DNA from: Paraspadella gotoi
Lineage: Eukaryota > Animalia > Chaetognatha
Length of the DNA: 64,000 nt
Reading direction: 5' to 3'
Assembly: GCA_051294375.1 (NCBI GenBank)
Contig: CM119263.1
Span: 17,032,171-17,096,170, forward strand
A model generated the notes under the pieces. That model ran no database searches, was not told the DNA's origin, and was given only the letters and a program-made list of their open reading frames with translations. A program made the position numbers and the translations under genes. Within the stretch, counting starts at the first letter, position 1. Each line of letters opens with the position of its first letter. Shown here piece by piece: positions 50,501 through 64,000 of the stretch.

Positions 50501-52860
50501 CGTTTTAGGTTTTTATTTTTGTGTTTTAGCTGAAGATGAAAATTGGAGCGTTTCGGGGAAAATAGAGCCAAATATTTTGGATTTGTTTTTATCGTGAAAA
50601 TTTAATATATTATAATTTTATTTCTCTCGCGTCTAGATAACATTTATTTATAAAAACATAAAGAAAGGCACGAACAATATTATTTGAAAATAAAACCCTA
50701 ATTCATTTAAATTTACCTTTGATTACTATACGGTTCCTCTCACGGAAAAAAAGAAAAAAGAATTCTGCGATAATTCGCCCGATTTCTAGATCGAAATGCT
50801 GCACTCGATTCTGTATCACTATTTCGTCAAACGGTCCTTTTTAACGTCCGTCCGAACAGTCCTAAGCCGAACAGACGGTCTTTCGCGAACCGAACGACAG
50901 ACCCGTTCGGGAATACCGCTTTGTCACCAGAACAATTCCCGGGTCAAGAGGGCGTGCTGTTGGTCGACTGCGCCCATTTGTTTTGTGATCGGGAATAAAT
51001 ACAACAGCTTTTTATTTGCCCGCGTCGCAATCGTGCGTTGATGGCCATTTGACAGAAAATTCTTGAGATGGCATTAGACAAGCGCCGACGACGAACATCG
51101 CGCAATGTGACGCGCTAGTATGTTGAAAGCCAAACACGGCGAGATGCGAAAACGCCAAGTGTCAGTGACGTGCTGTTGGCGGAAGGAATAAGCGGGAAAA
51201 TTTTATGTTTTTTTTTAATTATTCCGTTGCTAGTAACGATTTTAGTTGGCGGGGTTTAAAATTTGAGGCAAAACTTCCGGTTTTATTATATATCTATTCT
51301 GGTGTTATTTGGTCTTTCCTTTAAAAAAAATGGATACAAAAAGACGATGAGTATTTTTTTTTTTTCTGCGATGACTTTTTTTTTCTTTTTTTTGTTAGTA
51401 TCTTTAGTCCTTTATAGTTTATTGCGCGATATTTTATTTTTATTTTTTTTCTGTTTTGTTCCTTTAAGTATTTAAGCTATTTTTTATTTTCGGTGCGTTT
51501 TTTTTTCGGGTTTTTTTAGAGCATTTGTTCGGTTTTTGATGTGTTATCTCCCTCGATTGGCTCCCCTAAGAAAAAGACAGAGAGAGAAGAGAGGAAGAGA
51601 GAGAGGAGAGAGAGAGATGAGAGAGAGAGGAGAGGGAGAGAGAGAGAAGAGAGGACTGAGGAGAAAGGAGAGTGGAAGCCGCCGCGCCGGCTTTTTGTCC
51701 CGTCGATGATATTTGCAAAAGGATTCGTAAAAGGCGGGCAGAGCCGAATCGTTCGTCTCTGGCATCCACTCCTGTTAGTCTGGAGGGTTGGCAGGCAGGG
51801 GGCGGCGGGGTGCTGGATAGTAGTGGGTCGCATGGGGAAGCAAAATGGGGTGAGCTAAGAAAAAGGAAAATGAAAATTCGAGTACCATAATTGAGGAAGC
51901 AAGGGAGATGGAAAAAAAAAAAGAATTGCTATTAATTTTAAATAATTTACAAATATATTTAAATCTAATAATATAATTAAATATTCTAAAAGATTTTCAT
52001 CACTAATCATTTTTGCCAGTTGATCAACAGTGGGCCGGGAGTGTTGACATAATTGTAAATTTAATAATTTTTTTACAGTAATCGTCCAAGATTTATTTCA
52101 AAAATGAGGTCGGGCTGGAAAAGAATAATTATAATGAAGGAGACTTTATATATTATATTGTCAATATTAGAGCGGTTTATTCGTATTTTTTTTTGCTCTT
52201 GATACATAACGTACTAAAACACGACACGAATAACCAATCATGAGATGAGTTTTAAAAAGATCATCCCGACGAATAGATTCGGATCAGTGAGCTCAGACCA
52301 GTAATAATCAAGGTATCAAGCGACAAAATTGTAATTTGTTACAATTTTTCATTTGATTGTAAAAACCGTCTTTTCAGAGACTTTTTCCAGAAAAAAACCC
52401 TTTAACCAAAGCTGAGAGTGATTCTCTTGAGATTTGCACAACGACTAACGGGGACATCGTTACCTTCCTCATCAAAGGGTCGAACCTGTTTATGTGTTTT
52501 CTGCCAATTACTACACCGTCCACAGCCGGCGCTCGTTGTAATGTATTTGACAGCTAAAGAGAAAGAGTCACGGGGAAATTGAGGAAATGGCTGAGCTTTC
52601 TCTCTCTCTCCTCTATTTCTTTCTCTCTTTCTCTATTACCCGCCTAGTTTTGCCCGCTCGTCTCTCTTTTATTTGCACTTCTGACTTATTTTCCCTTGTG
52701 TGACGGATTTCAATACTTACCGGTATGGATCGCATGGTCATACTTGTTTATGACATTTGGGTTGAGGAATTACTGTGATTACGGGCTGACGATTTTTTTT
52801 TTTCACCTTTGATTTTATTGCGGGTTTTTTTCCGATATTTCGACACTCTTTCTACCCTTT

Positions 52861-52936
<76 letters not shown>

Positions 52937-55900
52937 GCCCTTTCCCTCTCCCTCTATCTCTGCTTCCTTTCCCAGTTAGCTCGATACCCGGACTCGTAAT
53001 TCTTGCCCATGAGGTCGACGCATTTCTCGCAGATTGCTGTGGTTAAGGTGGTGTTTCGTTGTTGTTGTTGGTGTTGTGTTGTAGTTGTATAATATGTTTT
53101 TGCTAATAAGGGTTTTTGTTGCTGCAGGAGTTATTCGAAAACCTGAGATGATTTTGGGTTATAAAATTATATTTGATAATATACGTGAACACATATATAA
53201 TGAAAAGTAATTAAATTAATTTGATGACCCTCTTCAAAAAAGTTTTAGTAAACAAACAAAATGAAATCTCGACCGATAAAGAACTTAACTTCAATTTTAA
53301 AAAATTTATAGGTTTTGTTTTTGTTTACAGCCAGTTTATTTGTAGAATCAAAAAAGAGGATAATTTTAGCACGTTAAAAACAGTTACCTAAACAGTAAAT
53401 TATAATTTTAAACCATTTTAGTAACCTATACATAATTTAAAAAAAAAAAAGACATCTGAACAATCACATATATATCTCGTGGCAAGTAAACCTTGGTTGA
53501 ACAAGTCAGATCGACCGATGTCAGAGTTGGGCTACCTCACACCGCAATCGAAGGTCGTGACATACTCATGCGCTGGTTCAAACCTCGGGTCATGGGGTGT
53601 GGGGGTCGCAATGTGTGTGTGTGTTGTGGTGGTGTGAGAAGAGAGAGAGAGAGAAAGAGGAAGAGAAGAGAGAGAGAGAAGAGAGAAGGAGAGAGATGAT
53701 GAGAGAAGAGGCGAGATAGAGAGATCCGGATTTTGATTAGCGAAGACGGGATTCTGTCCCGCCCATGTGTGCAGCCGAATAAAACGATGGGTCCATCAAA
53801 AAAATCTGGAAGGGCTGCGGGAGGGCTTGGCGGTCGGCTTCGTTGCCGCGGCGGTCAGCGCGGAGATTCGTTTTTGGATTTTTGGGCTGAATGTGGTTGA
53901 AACGCGGCTCGGTTTGTGACTGCGTCTCAATTGGAATTTTGATTTTCATAAATTTCTTCAAATTAGATGTTTTGTCATTTCTTTGTTATTTGAAAATTAT
54001 TCTTTTGTAGCTTCGTTTCTGTCCCCTAGTGGGGGGGTGGCATGTGACCACTGAAACTGCAGGATCAAACTTCTGTAGAATGTTTTACCCAGACAATTAC
54101 AGGGATTTGTATGGAGTTATGTGAAAGCGTTAAAAAATTGGCTTTTAAAACGATTTGAGGCCATTACGTATTAACTTTATGGTTTCTTATCATTTTTTGT
54201 TCGTATTCGTTGTTTGCATGTTAAAATTTTTTATTATTGGCATTTTGATTATTTTAGCCAGCGATAGCTTATAGTGAGATGCAAGAGTATATTTATAGGT
54301 AAATTGCTAGTTTGATTATTTAACATTATTTGTTTGAAGTTTCTCTGTCTGTCATGTTTAAAATTTGCCTTTTAAATTTATTCGAGTAGGTTTAAAAATG
54401 TTGAAAAGTGGCCTCGTATCGAGATTCAGAGGGGTGGTTCTCTTTTCGGATTCAAGGTTACAACGAAATTCACGGTTGACGGTTTCGGTCGTTTAAAGGA
54501 GCAAGGTTTTCGGCTTATGAGTCACGTGGGATTTGGTTTAATGTGAAAAAATTCGAGAATATTTTGATTCATTTCGAATAAGGGCAAAAAAGCTTTTTGT
54601 TTTTCTGTGTCTTGTGTTTTTGTTTCATGGATGTTGTTAGATTTCATTTTATTCCGTCCGAAGATTTGTTTTAATTTAATTTATTTTGAAAAACAATTTA
54701 GTGTTTTATTTTACACTAATTTATCTCACTTTGTGCTATTCTTGAAGTTTCCAATGATTGTAAATTTAAGGAACACAGTCATTCCTAATATTTAAAACCA
54801 ACCAACCGAAATTCTAAACAGTTCGTCGCGATAAGGATTCCATCGGTTTGCCACGCATTGCTGCAGCATCAAAAAAAAAAAGAACATCAGACAATTAAGA
54901 AGCGCAAAGCGTTGTGCCATCAAACAGCGCCATTATCACTGCGCACGATCAAGCTTCAGAAGCACACTGAAAAAAAAAAGCAACCCTTTTCAATCTGGCT
55001 CCGCAAGAAAAGGAAGAAGAAAAAAGGGTTTCCTTTATACGTATGCTTTCATGATGGTGGAGGATAATTATAAATAGAATAATTATACACAAACTGAAAT
55101 GAATTATATAGGTCGCAAAAAAAAGAAGAATTTATATCAGTGAAAGATGAGTCTGACGGAGAAAAAAAACTTGAGCGATAAATCTGCACTATAGGATCGA
55201 GGCAGAGAGAAAAAAATACAATAAAAGATGGGAAGACGAACTGAAATGTAGGAACCTAATTGTGCGATAGGACACCGTTCGATGTCCTGATGACGGTGAC
55301 GGGTTCTGTGACGCAGTTCAAAAGTGGGAACCTCACAGCGGCGAAAGAATTGAAGGGAGAGAGAGATAGAGGAAAGGAGAGAGGAGGGAGAGAGGAGAGA
55401 AGATGGGCGCCCGGGGCGGGAAAGCGAGGGATTAGAGAGAGATGGAAGAGGGAGAGAGAGATGAGGAGAGAGAGAGAGAGAGAGGAGGACGCCAAGAATG
55501 CACTGTGGGGGTGCAGTAGTTGCGGCGCGGGCGCGGTCTTGGCGCTCGGAGGACGGTGGAGAGCTGAAGCGTCGCCGGGGTGCAGGGGAGAGGAGCGAAC
55601 TGAGGGCAGCATCAGAGGAGAGCGGAGGAAGAAGAGGAGGAAGATGACGAGGAGGAGGAGGAAGGCGATTCGCCGGTTTATGCGTGGGAATCGAAAATTC
55701 CCGATTGATTTATTTCAAAGAAGGCAGAGAAAAAATAAAAAAGGAGTGAAAAAGGGCGAGAGATTCTGGAGTTCTTTCTTCGGCCTCTCGGCGCTCCGTG
55801 CTCTGGCGCGACGACGATTTTTGGAAAAAAGGCTCTTCCCCTGAAAAAAAAATCGGCAGGAGGTGGGCGTGGGCGACGACTAAGAGACGACGACGAGTTT

Positions 55901-56080
55901 GGGCTGGGAACGACCTCCGTCGAGTGGGAAACGGGCCCCAATTCTGGTCTCCGTCGTTTACCCTCTTAACCGGCGGAGGTTTACTTCATTTTTTTTTTTA
56001 TTTTCCGCGAGATGAAGACGAGTGAATCGAAAAGAGGGGTTTAAAACGCGTAAGAGTCTATCGTTGGAGAGTGTGTGAGG

Positions 56081-56126
<46 letters not shown>

Positions 56127-57516
56127 TGAGAGTATTTCTTTTTTTTTTGTTTGCTTGCAATGTTTTTTTCTTTTCAGTCTGTGCAAAGATGTTTGAATTA
56201 AAACAACCTTTTTTCCGAGTGAAAGAGACTGGGGGTTCGAAGAGGGGAAGTATGACTTTAAGAGACCCGTTTAGAGCTTCGTACATTCTTTTTGTTGTGT
56301 GATGCGCAATTTTTTTTTTTAAATATTTGTGTTTTAATTAATGTTTTTTTCGGGATATCAGACCCCTTTAAAGAATGGACATGGCATTTTTTTTGTTCGT
56401 AATTTGATTCCCACGTGTTGCCAAAGGTGAGTGGTATTAAAAAAGAAGGAATTAGTACATTCGGTTGCTAAATTTGTTTTGTTTTTTCAATTTTTTTTTT
56501 TAGGCGTAATATTTCGGGTCGTTGTAGGTTTTACTTGTATGTTTAAATGCGAAAAAGAGTTTTGTTAAAAAAGGTTTCGTTGCTTAAGATTAAATGATCC
56601 GTAATTGTGTTAAAATATATGTTTTTCTGGTTTTTTTCGTTGTTTGTATTCATTAGAACGGTTTAGAAGACTATCTTTTTTAGCGTATCGAGTTAAATCT
56701 TTAACACGTTGTGTTCACAACAGCAATTTCAGATTGGATTAAGAGAGAGAGAAAATGCGATTCGATTTTTATTTGTTTCAGTTGTTCGTGCGCAGACGAT
56801 TTGTGAGGATTTTAGTAATTATTTTTGAATGCCTTCAAGTATTACAGAATAATTTATCCAGCATTTTGCTTAACTCCTTATGAGTTGGGTGTGAAGGCGG
56901 TTTACATTTTCAAGTGAGAGTCGACGAGAAAAGATTCCATGCTTTATTTCTTCCTGTCCTTTTATCGGAACGTTAAATTTCGGCAGGACTTTTTTAATAA
57001 TTTACATTTGAATGCTCCTTGTGATGAGGTTAAAATTCAATAAATGATTTTCCTTTACTATGTGTCAGGAAAATTGTAGTGTAAAGGCTTTCTTTGGCTT
57101 TGTTTTCAAAATATTGTGTCAAATATGCGAAAAGCGAGTAAAAATTTTAATAACATTAAGAAACTTTCATCGTAATTTTTTTTTGAATTTGATCATAGTA
57201 TGTAGTCTCTTAACAGTTTAATTTTCTATAAATTACTCGTTTGTAAAAATAAATCAACAAACCAATATTTTTTGTTCGTGGTCGTCCTGTCGTCTTGTCT
57301 CATCGTCGGCGCCGCATCGTCGTCGGCAACATTGAGATGCGTAGGCGGGGGAGATGAAAGGAAGTGGCGCGGATGCGCCTTGATTAAAAGGAGGAAGGGA
57401 TTTAGGGATTGGGGGGAAGTTAACCTGGGGGAGGGGGTATGAGAGAACGGAGAGGAGCGCGTGGCACTCACATTTGTATTCCTTCAGATTGCGATCTCAC
57501 GCGTTTCGGCTTCTCT

Positions 57517-57548
<32 letters not shown>

Positions 57549-58182
57549 CTCTCTTCTCTCTGTCTCCTCTCTCTTCCTCTCTCTCTTCTCTTCTCTCCTC
57601 TCTCTCTTCTCTTCTCTCTCTCTGCTCTGTTGAAAACGGCGAAAGGAGACTAAGGCAGAGGACAAACAGAGGAAAGGTAACATTGATTTCTTATTGCTCT
57701 CCGTATTATGCGCATATTTTAATTTTTTGGCTGACACTCTTTTGTGTTGTGCGCGAGATTGCGAGTGTGTACAGTGTTGTCCTGTTCGACTCCTACGCGA
57801 AATGCAGGCCCATATTTAGGGATAGCGGCGTCGTCGCGTTCATCGGGTAGTCGGCGCGTCATCGAGTTATGCCGTCTTTGAAAAAAATACGAAGTTTTAT
57901 TTCAATCATAACAAATCAACAAGAGTCCAAAAGTATAAAAAAAAAAAAAAACAGTCGAGTTTAGAATAAGGAATAGAAAGCAAGTCGTTATCCCTCCTGC
58001 ATGATTTCATTTACTAATTAATTTCTGTCGACGTAAATGCGAAAAAAAAAAGATTTATCTTAATTTCGCGAAAAAATCGTCGTCTGTAGAAAACCGTAAA
58101 GATTCGAAGAGGAGACGGGCAATTTCGGTAATGGGGAACGAGCCTGAGGAATGAGAGAATGAAGAGGAAAAGAGAATGAGAG

Positions 58183-58237
<55 letters not shown>

Positions 58238-61200
58238 GGGAGGAGTGAGAGGATTTAGGCGCAAACGATGATTTGAAGTCGAAAGACCGAGAGAGGTTCA
58301 AAAAGGCGCCGGATTAGAAATGGGGTGATTCAAGATTGAGAAGGAACGACAAACAGGCTTGGTTCACCAATCACCACATGCGTGTGTTGCCGAAGGATTT
58401 GATACATGTCTCGGGAATGGGAAACGACATCAAAGCTACATTGTAACTAGATATTTTCTTATAAAAGTTTAACAATCGGAGAGGAAAAAAAATAATAAAC
58501 ATCGTTGAGTCATTTGAAAAAATAAAGAAAACTTACCCAATAATTGATTCATGAAAAGTAATAAAAGTTATTTAAATAAACTATAATACTATCAAATTTT
58601 AAGAAAAAAAAAGGCAATTTGATGAAGCCGCGCTAAAAATAAATTTTACATACACATCCGAAAAAAAATTACTACCTTTTTAAAGAATCCAAATGTATCT
58701 TAGAGGGAAAAGTCAAACATAGAAGAAGCGAAACTAGATTTCGAAAACTCAAAAGTTGCTTATAAAACAAAAACCACCCACAAAAAGAGGAGAAAACGTT
58801 GGCACGTCGATCGTCGACGAGCGAAGGGGCACTCGTTAGTCGCTCATTCGGAATCGACTAAAGTCTTGGATTCTCGGTGTTAACGAAGGACGTTCCCGTG
58901 AGAACTTTCTGTTAGGTTAAACAAAAATCCCTGAAAAGGAGAGGTTAAAATGGAAAAAAAGAGGAATGACGATTGCATTTTCTCCTTTTTTTTGAGGAGG
59001 TGGCGAGGTTAGGTGGTTGAGGCGGTAAGTTTCTATAAGATTTAGTTAGGCTTTCTCTTAAATTTTTACGATCGGATCTTATGTAAATTTCTATATTTTT
59101 TTTGCCAATCAAGTAGAGGACGGAATTCTTCAATATATATTTTCTCGTTCCTTTCTTTCCTTGGTTTTCTGTACATCCAGTAATTTCTTTCTCAATTGTT
59201 GCCTTCTTTGCCCATTGCCTTAGATTGTCTTTCCTTCTGCCCTTTTCTTTCCTTTCCATGTTCGGTCTCAGTTGGCTTCACTGGATCCCCGCTCAAAGGG
59301 CCCCCGCGCTCAATGGGCTGCGAACGAAACAGTTCCGTTGATGCGGAAAAAAATCTTGGATGAGGATCGATTTCTGATAGCGAAACTGCCGTCGTCCAAC
59401 TTCCTTACTCGACTGAGTCGTCGTTTTTTCGTTTAAGGAGTCATCGGTCGTCGTTGGACTGAAGTCATCGTTCATTCTCTTGTATCTCCAAGTGACTACG
59501 TCGTTCTTCGTCCGCTCCGTTTAGAACAAAGTTTTATAAATGTCATCTTGAAAATTAGGATTTGAAAAACACTTATTTTTAATTATTTAAATATTATTAT
59601 TAGATTGTATTAAAAAAAAAATTTAGAAAAAACTAAAAAACTACAATTAATATTAATTAGACTAACTGACTCATTCATCCATTGTCGTGATTTCTTTTTA
59701 AAAATCTTTAATTTATATTTTTTTTCAATTCACAATGGAAGATAACTTTCGAACAATATTACAAATGCCGATGAAAGTACACGCGGACCTCGACCAGAGA
59801 AACATGAGATGAAACAGGAGCGCGACACGACGACCCGGATGAATTTTTTTATTCGAGCTCTACGACACGACGACGACCGAAGTGACGCAGAACGAGACGC
59901 GTGACGATGACGTGACTTTCAGGGACGAACATGATGAAGAGAGTGGCAAGGGCGAACGAGAAAGTGGCCAAATTGATCCTTGAGATGTGCATTAGTGAGA
60001 ATGGCAAATGTCAAATGAAATGAATATGAGATTATGAACCATGTGATCAGTGAGAGTGCAGAGGCGAATTAACTGATTCGAAAAGTGACAAATAAACCAG
60101 AGAATGTGATTAGGAAAGGGACGCTTGAGGATTCATAAAGCAAGAAATAGGGCATAGTTGAAGCGTAGCGCAAAAGAGCGGGTCGAAGGATCCAGCGTTT
60201 GACTGTATGGGCGCTGACCAGTAGAAATGTCAATCAGTGCTCCGAGATGAAACGGAAAGTATCCGGCGCGAAAAAGAGGACAACTAGGTAAACAACTAGA
60301 ACTGTCTTTCAACTCTCTCTCTCTTCTCGTCTCTCTCTCTCTACTCTCTCTCTCTCTCTCTCTCCTCCTCTCTCTCTCTCTCTCTCCTCTACTCTCTCTC
60401 TCTCTCTCTCTTTCACGTTCCGAAACGTCTTTAAACTTAAACGAATTTTTGGCATCCCAAACCTCTCATATCATCATATTTGGGCAATCTAGGGTCAGAA
60501 GGCGGTTGCCAACAGGAGACCGGTTGATTTGTGTTGCTGGATGGCTCGGGGCTGGCAAACATCTACCATTCTTACAAGTAATTATTAATTGATGTAAATT
60601 TATGACGATATTTACTAAGAATTCTTACTGGCTCCAGGATGTAAAACGGTAAAAAGGTGTCTGACGCCATTATCTTCCAGAGACAAAACCGCTCTATCGG
60701 CCAATAAACATCGACGACGCACTTCTTCAAAGCGTCTAAAGTTGCCAGACAGAGGCGTCACCCCGACAATGACCGAGCTATCTTCGTCATTAAGAGGAAC
60801 ATCAAACTCTAATGAGAATTTCTTACTCTTCGAGGAGCTAATGGAGAATGGACAATCATGATTTTCAGCTTTAGACAAATCGGAAATGACGTACATATTG
60901 TTATGATTACGGTTAAATCTAGAATGCGTTGACACGAGAAGAACCAAATGACCAGAACATAAAAAAATGTAATATAAAAAATAAAATTAATTTCGGGGGG
61001 TCCCGTTGTCGATTTCCTGTTACAGTATCCACTCGAAAATTGTAACACAAAAAATGACTTGTCTATTTTCAAAACGCCTTTAGAATGCACATTTTCCCTT
61101 CAACAACAGCACTCGGTATTCCTGGTGGCCATCTCACACGATAACATTCTTTCCATTCCTAGTTCAAGGAATTATCTTGACAGACGTACGTGTCAGTTGG

Positions 61201-63012
61201 GCCGCTCCATGAAAGTGAATGTATGGCATTTGAAGCAAAGTCAGAACGAATATGCGAGACGGACGTCAACCGCTTTTTTGTACTGACGGAGCGCAACCTC
61301 CCAAAAAATCATATTGAGAAGGCGACAACAAAAACGATCACTCTGATGACATTCGCCGTTTGCTGGGAACTACGAAACGTCGCTTAGCTTGTGCGTTTTT
61401 GTGAGTTAAGTATACCACGGCCAACGGAGAACGACGGGATTGTCATTAAGACGATGCGGAAACGACTACTATGACCGAGGGAATCTAGCGAACAGTAGAA
61501 ATGCAACAAATTAAATTTAAAAAAAAAAAAAATTTCTTTCAGTTGCTCTAAATTTTTTAAAGGATTCTTTTGGATTGATGGAGAGATGGAGAAGTGATAC
61601 GCCTCGTAGGAAGAGGGGAAAAGAGGGCAGAGAGAGAGAGAGCAGAGATGACAGAGACTTGCGAGTGCCAAGAGATATAAAAAAAACATTTACGCCGCTA
61701 ACAGTGACTCATCGGCACAACTGAGCAACTTTAATCCAAATTCCTTCTTCATTCGAACGGAGATGAATAACGCCAGCGAGCATGGGAGTGGCGACACTTC
61801 GAGATTTTCGAGCTCACTATATGCGTTTGAAACTTCTGAAATATGCAACTGACCGAGCGATGCGACCAGCGCAGAACGAGTTCGAAAACTGCGGCTGCCA
61901 TTCAAAGTTAGGCCACAAGAGATTCGCTTGGAAAACTCTGGCTAAAAAATAAAAAATAAAACACTAAAAAAACCGGATCGAATACCGAATAACACTGAAA
62001 TAAGTTTTGAAAATTTAAGCAATAACACATTATAAGAAGAAAAACTCATAGATCTTAATCCAAAAATCTATTATTTACATACGGTCGCATTACTAACCTT
62101 TTATATAATTTCTAAAAATACCGTCGATGTTATACTGGACTCGTTCATTTTCAGCCCGGAACCGAGAAGAAAAAAAATAAGTGGATACCCCGAAGCAGAC
62201 TATCAAATCCTCAGCCGCATGCCATCAATCCTTTTGTGCTCAAAAGGGTCACGCATTTACCGACATCAACAAGACTCGCTTATTTGATCGAAAATAAGGA
62301 ATGTCTCTGAATGTTTTCAAAATATTTGATGTGGGCTGTTATGTTCAGCGAAAGTTAGTAGTTGTACCTATTTCTAAAATCTTTACATGGGCAGAGATTA
62401 TAGAATTTTGCGCTTCTAAAAAAGACTAATATATTTTCTTTTTAAAGTAGTGAGTGCACCATCGTAAAGCTAAACATGCATAATTTTCAAAATTTTAAAA
62501 ATATAATAAGATTTAAATTATAAAAATAAGGTTAGAAGTTCTAGCGCAAGCGGTTAGATATAGGGTCCTAGAGACTAAACACTAAAAAATGTAAGTTAAA
62601 AGGAGGAAAACTAAGTTGTATTAAATATTCTTAAACGCATAAAGATGAAGTCCTTTCATTCAGAAACGAGGTTTAGAAATCATAAATTGTTGAAAAAAAC
62701 ATCTCAGCCATGCAATGACCATTGAATCACTCGACATGGACGGAACGCTTGTACTATATAACAGGGTTTACTTCCCCCTTTACAAAAAGTTCTTGCAACT
62801 TCATCTTGCAAAATGAAGTCGATGAAAGCGATTTACGTTTTAGCCATCTCGCAGTTCTCGTCTACTTCGCGTGAATCGGGGTCGATAGTCATAGGTAACG
62901 ACATCGAGCCTCGTCTCGGCGACGGCATTAAAGTAATCACGTCCAGGCATCACGACGTCGAATTTAGCTGGTGAAAGATGAAGCTGTAGAAAGCAGAGGG
63001 AGAGAGGATAAT

Positions 63013-63045
<33 letters not shown>

Positions 63046-64000
63046 AGAGAGGAGAAGAGGAGAGACGACGAGAGCAGAGAGAAATGAGAGAAAGAGAGGA
63101 AAGGGAAGACGTGAAGAGTCTTTAGGGGAAGTTAGTAAAACGGGGGCGGGTAAGGCGAATGGGAAGAGGGGGAAGGAATTTTTGTGAGGAAATAACTTTT
63201 GGGGAAATCTTTATTATAATTATAAAAGATCATTAATTATTAAAAAAAAATAAATAAAAATGAAAATTTAAGTAAATTTCCCCTACATGTGAAGGAGCGG
63301 CAAGGAGATTAATTTTATTTAAGTTTTATATTGTTATTAAGTGTAAAAATATTGAGAAAATATCGACAAACATTGTCACCAGATGACGAAATAGAGGAAA
63401 AAGAGAGATGCTTTACCAATATTTAAATTCATTGTGAAACAAAAGCCCAAATTCTTACTGGCAAGAAGAGAAAACAAGACCCCTCTTTCCTTGGATGTCT
63501 CTCCCTCCACTTTATCTCCCTCTCACTCACTCGGTTTAATCTCTCTCTCTCTCTCTCTCTCCCTCTCCTCTCTCTCTCTCATCATCCATTCTTCTCTCTC
63601 TCTCTCATCAGTTTCGATCGGCCGGGGAAAGATCTTAATCACTGATTTGTCCTCCACTCTTTCTGCTTTTATTGTTCCTAAAAACGAAACTTTTCTTCTG
63701 GACATGAACTCGCGCCAGATAAGTCAGTTGAAAAAGTTTCCCCAGGGCCGTGACGAAACCGGTTTTTACTATTATTGATAAGTTAAAACGAAGGGAATTC
63801 GGTGAATGTCTGCTCATCTTTCACGAGGCCCGATAAAAGTAGCAGGGTGGGGTGACAGCGCCCCCCCGCCTGCGGAACCCGGGGCATTGACTTTCTGAAA
63901 AAAGACTCTTCAATGAGGGGAGTTGAAACGGTTAATGAATTAAAGAATAGAACACTGGCGAGGTAAAGAGAAGCAATAAGATTTAGAGATGTTGGGAAGT
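47514..64000 (+). repeat. Copy C: apparently exact duplicate of copy B 27930-44416 (offset 19584), truncated by the window end
   Basis: B's ORFs reappear with identical translations at +19584 (28703->48287, 30745->50329, 43850->63434). Both copies begin tcagatccctaccccgtatc after a 25-N gap. The last bases gttgggaagt match 44407-44416. Confidence 0.97.
48245..50478 (-). pseudogene. Frameshifted image of the same exon in copy C (identical to the copy B image)
   Basis: Same fragment ORFs as 28661-30894, shifted by 19584. Confidence 0.5.

Overview
Eukaryotic, probably invertebrate-animal genomic DNA: AT-rich intron-like tracts, dense (GA/CT)n and (GTC/GAC)n microsatellites, and CpG-rich patches with no obvious CpG depletion. 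I see no prokaryotic genes, CRISPR array, rRNA or tRNA. The window is dominated by one ~17.5 kb segment present three times. Copy A (~10345-27904) is clean. Copy B (27930-~45911, continuing into new sequence to 47112) is riddled with indels. Copy C (47514-64000, truncated) looks base-identical to B at a fixed offset of 19584. B and C each start right after an exactly 25-N gap. The simplest reading is a long-read gap-filling artefact, not a biological triplication. The only well-supported coding feature is a ~2.1 kb minus-strand exon (13157->11032). It encodes a ~708-aa Ser/Pro/Arg-rich, disordered-looking stretch ending in a basic+hydrophobic signal/anchor-like segment at a GTAAGT donor. The most intriguing non-coding signal is a ~240-bp run of seven back-to-back stem-loops at 6070-6310. 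Almost all other ORFs in the track come from microsatellites, N-gaps or frameshifted fragments. I found no convincing new biological system; candidates are ranked below.
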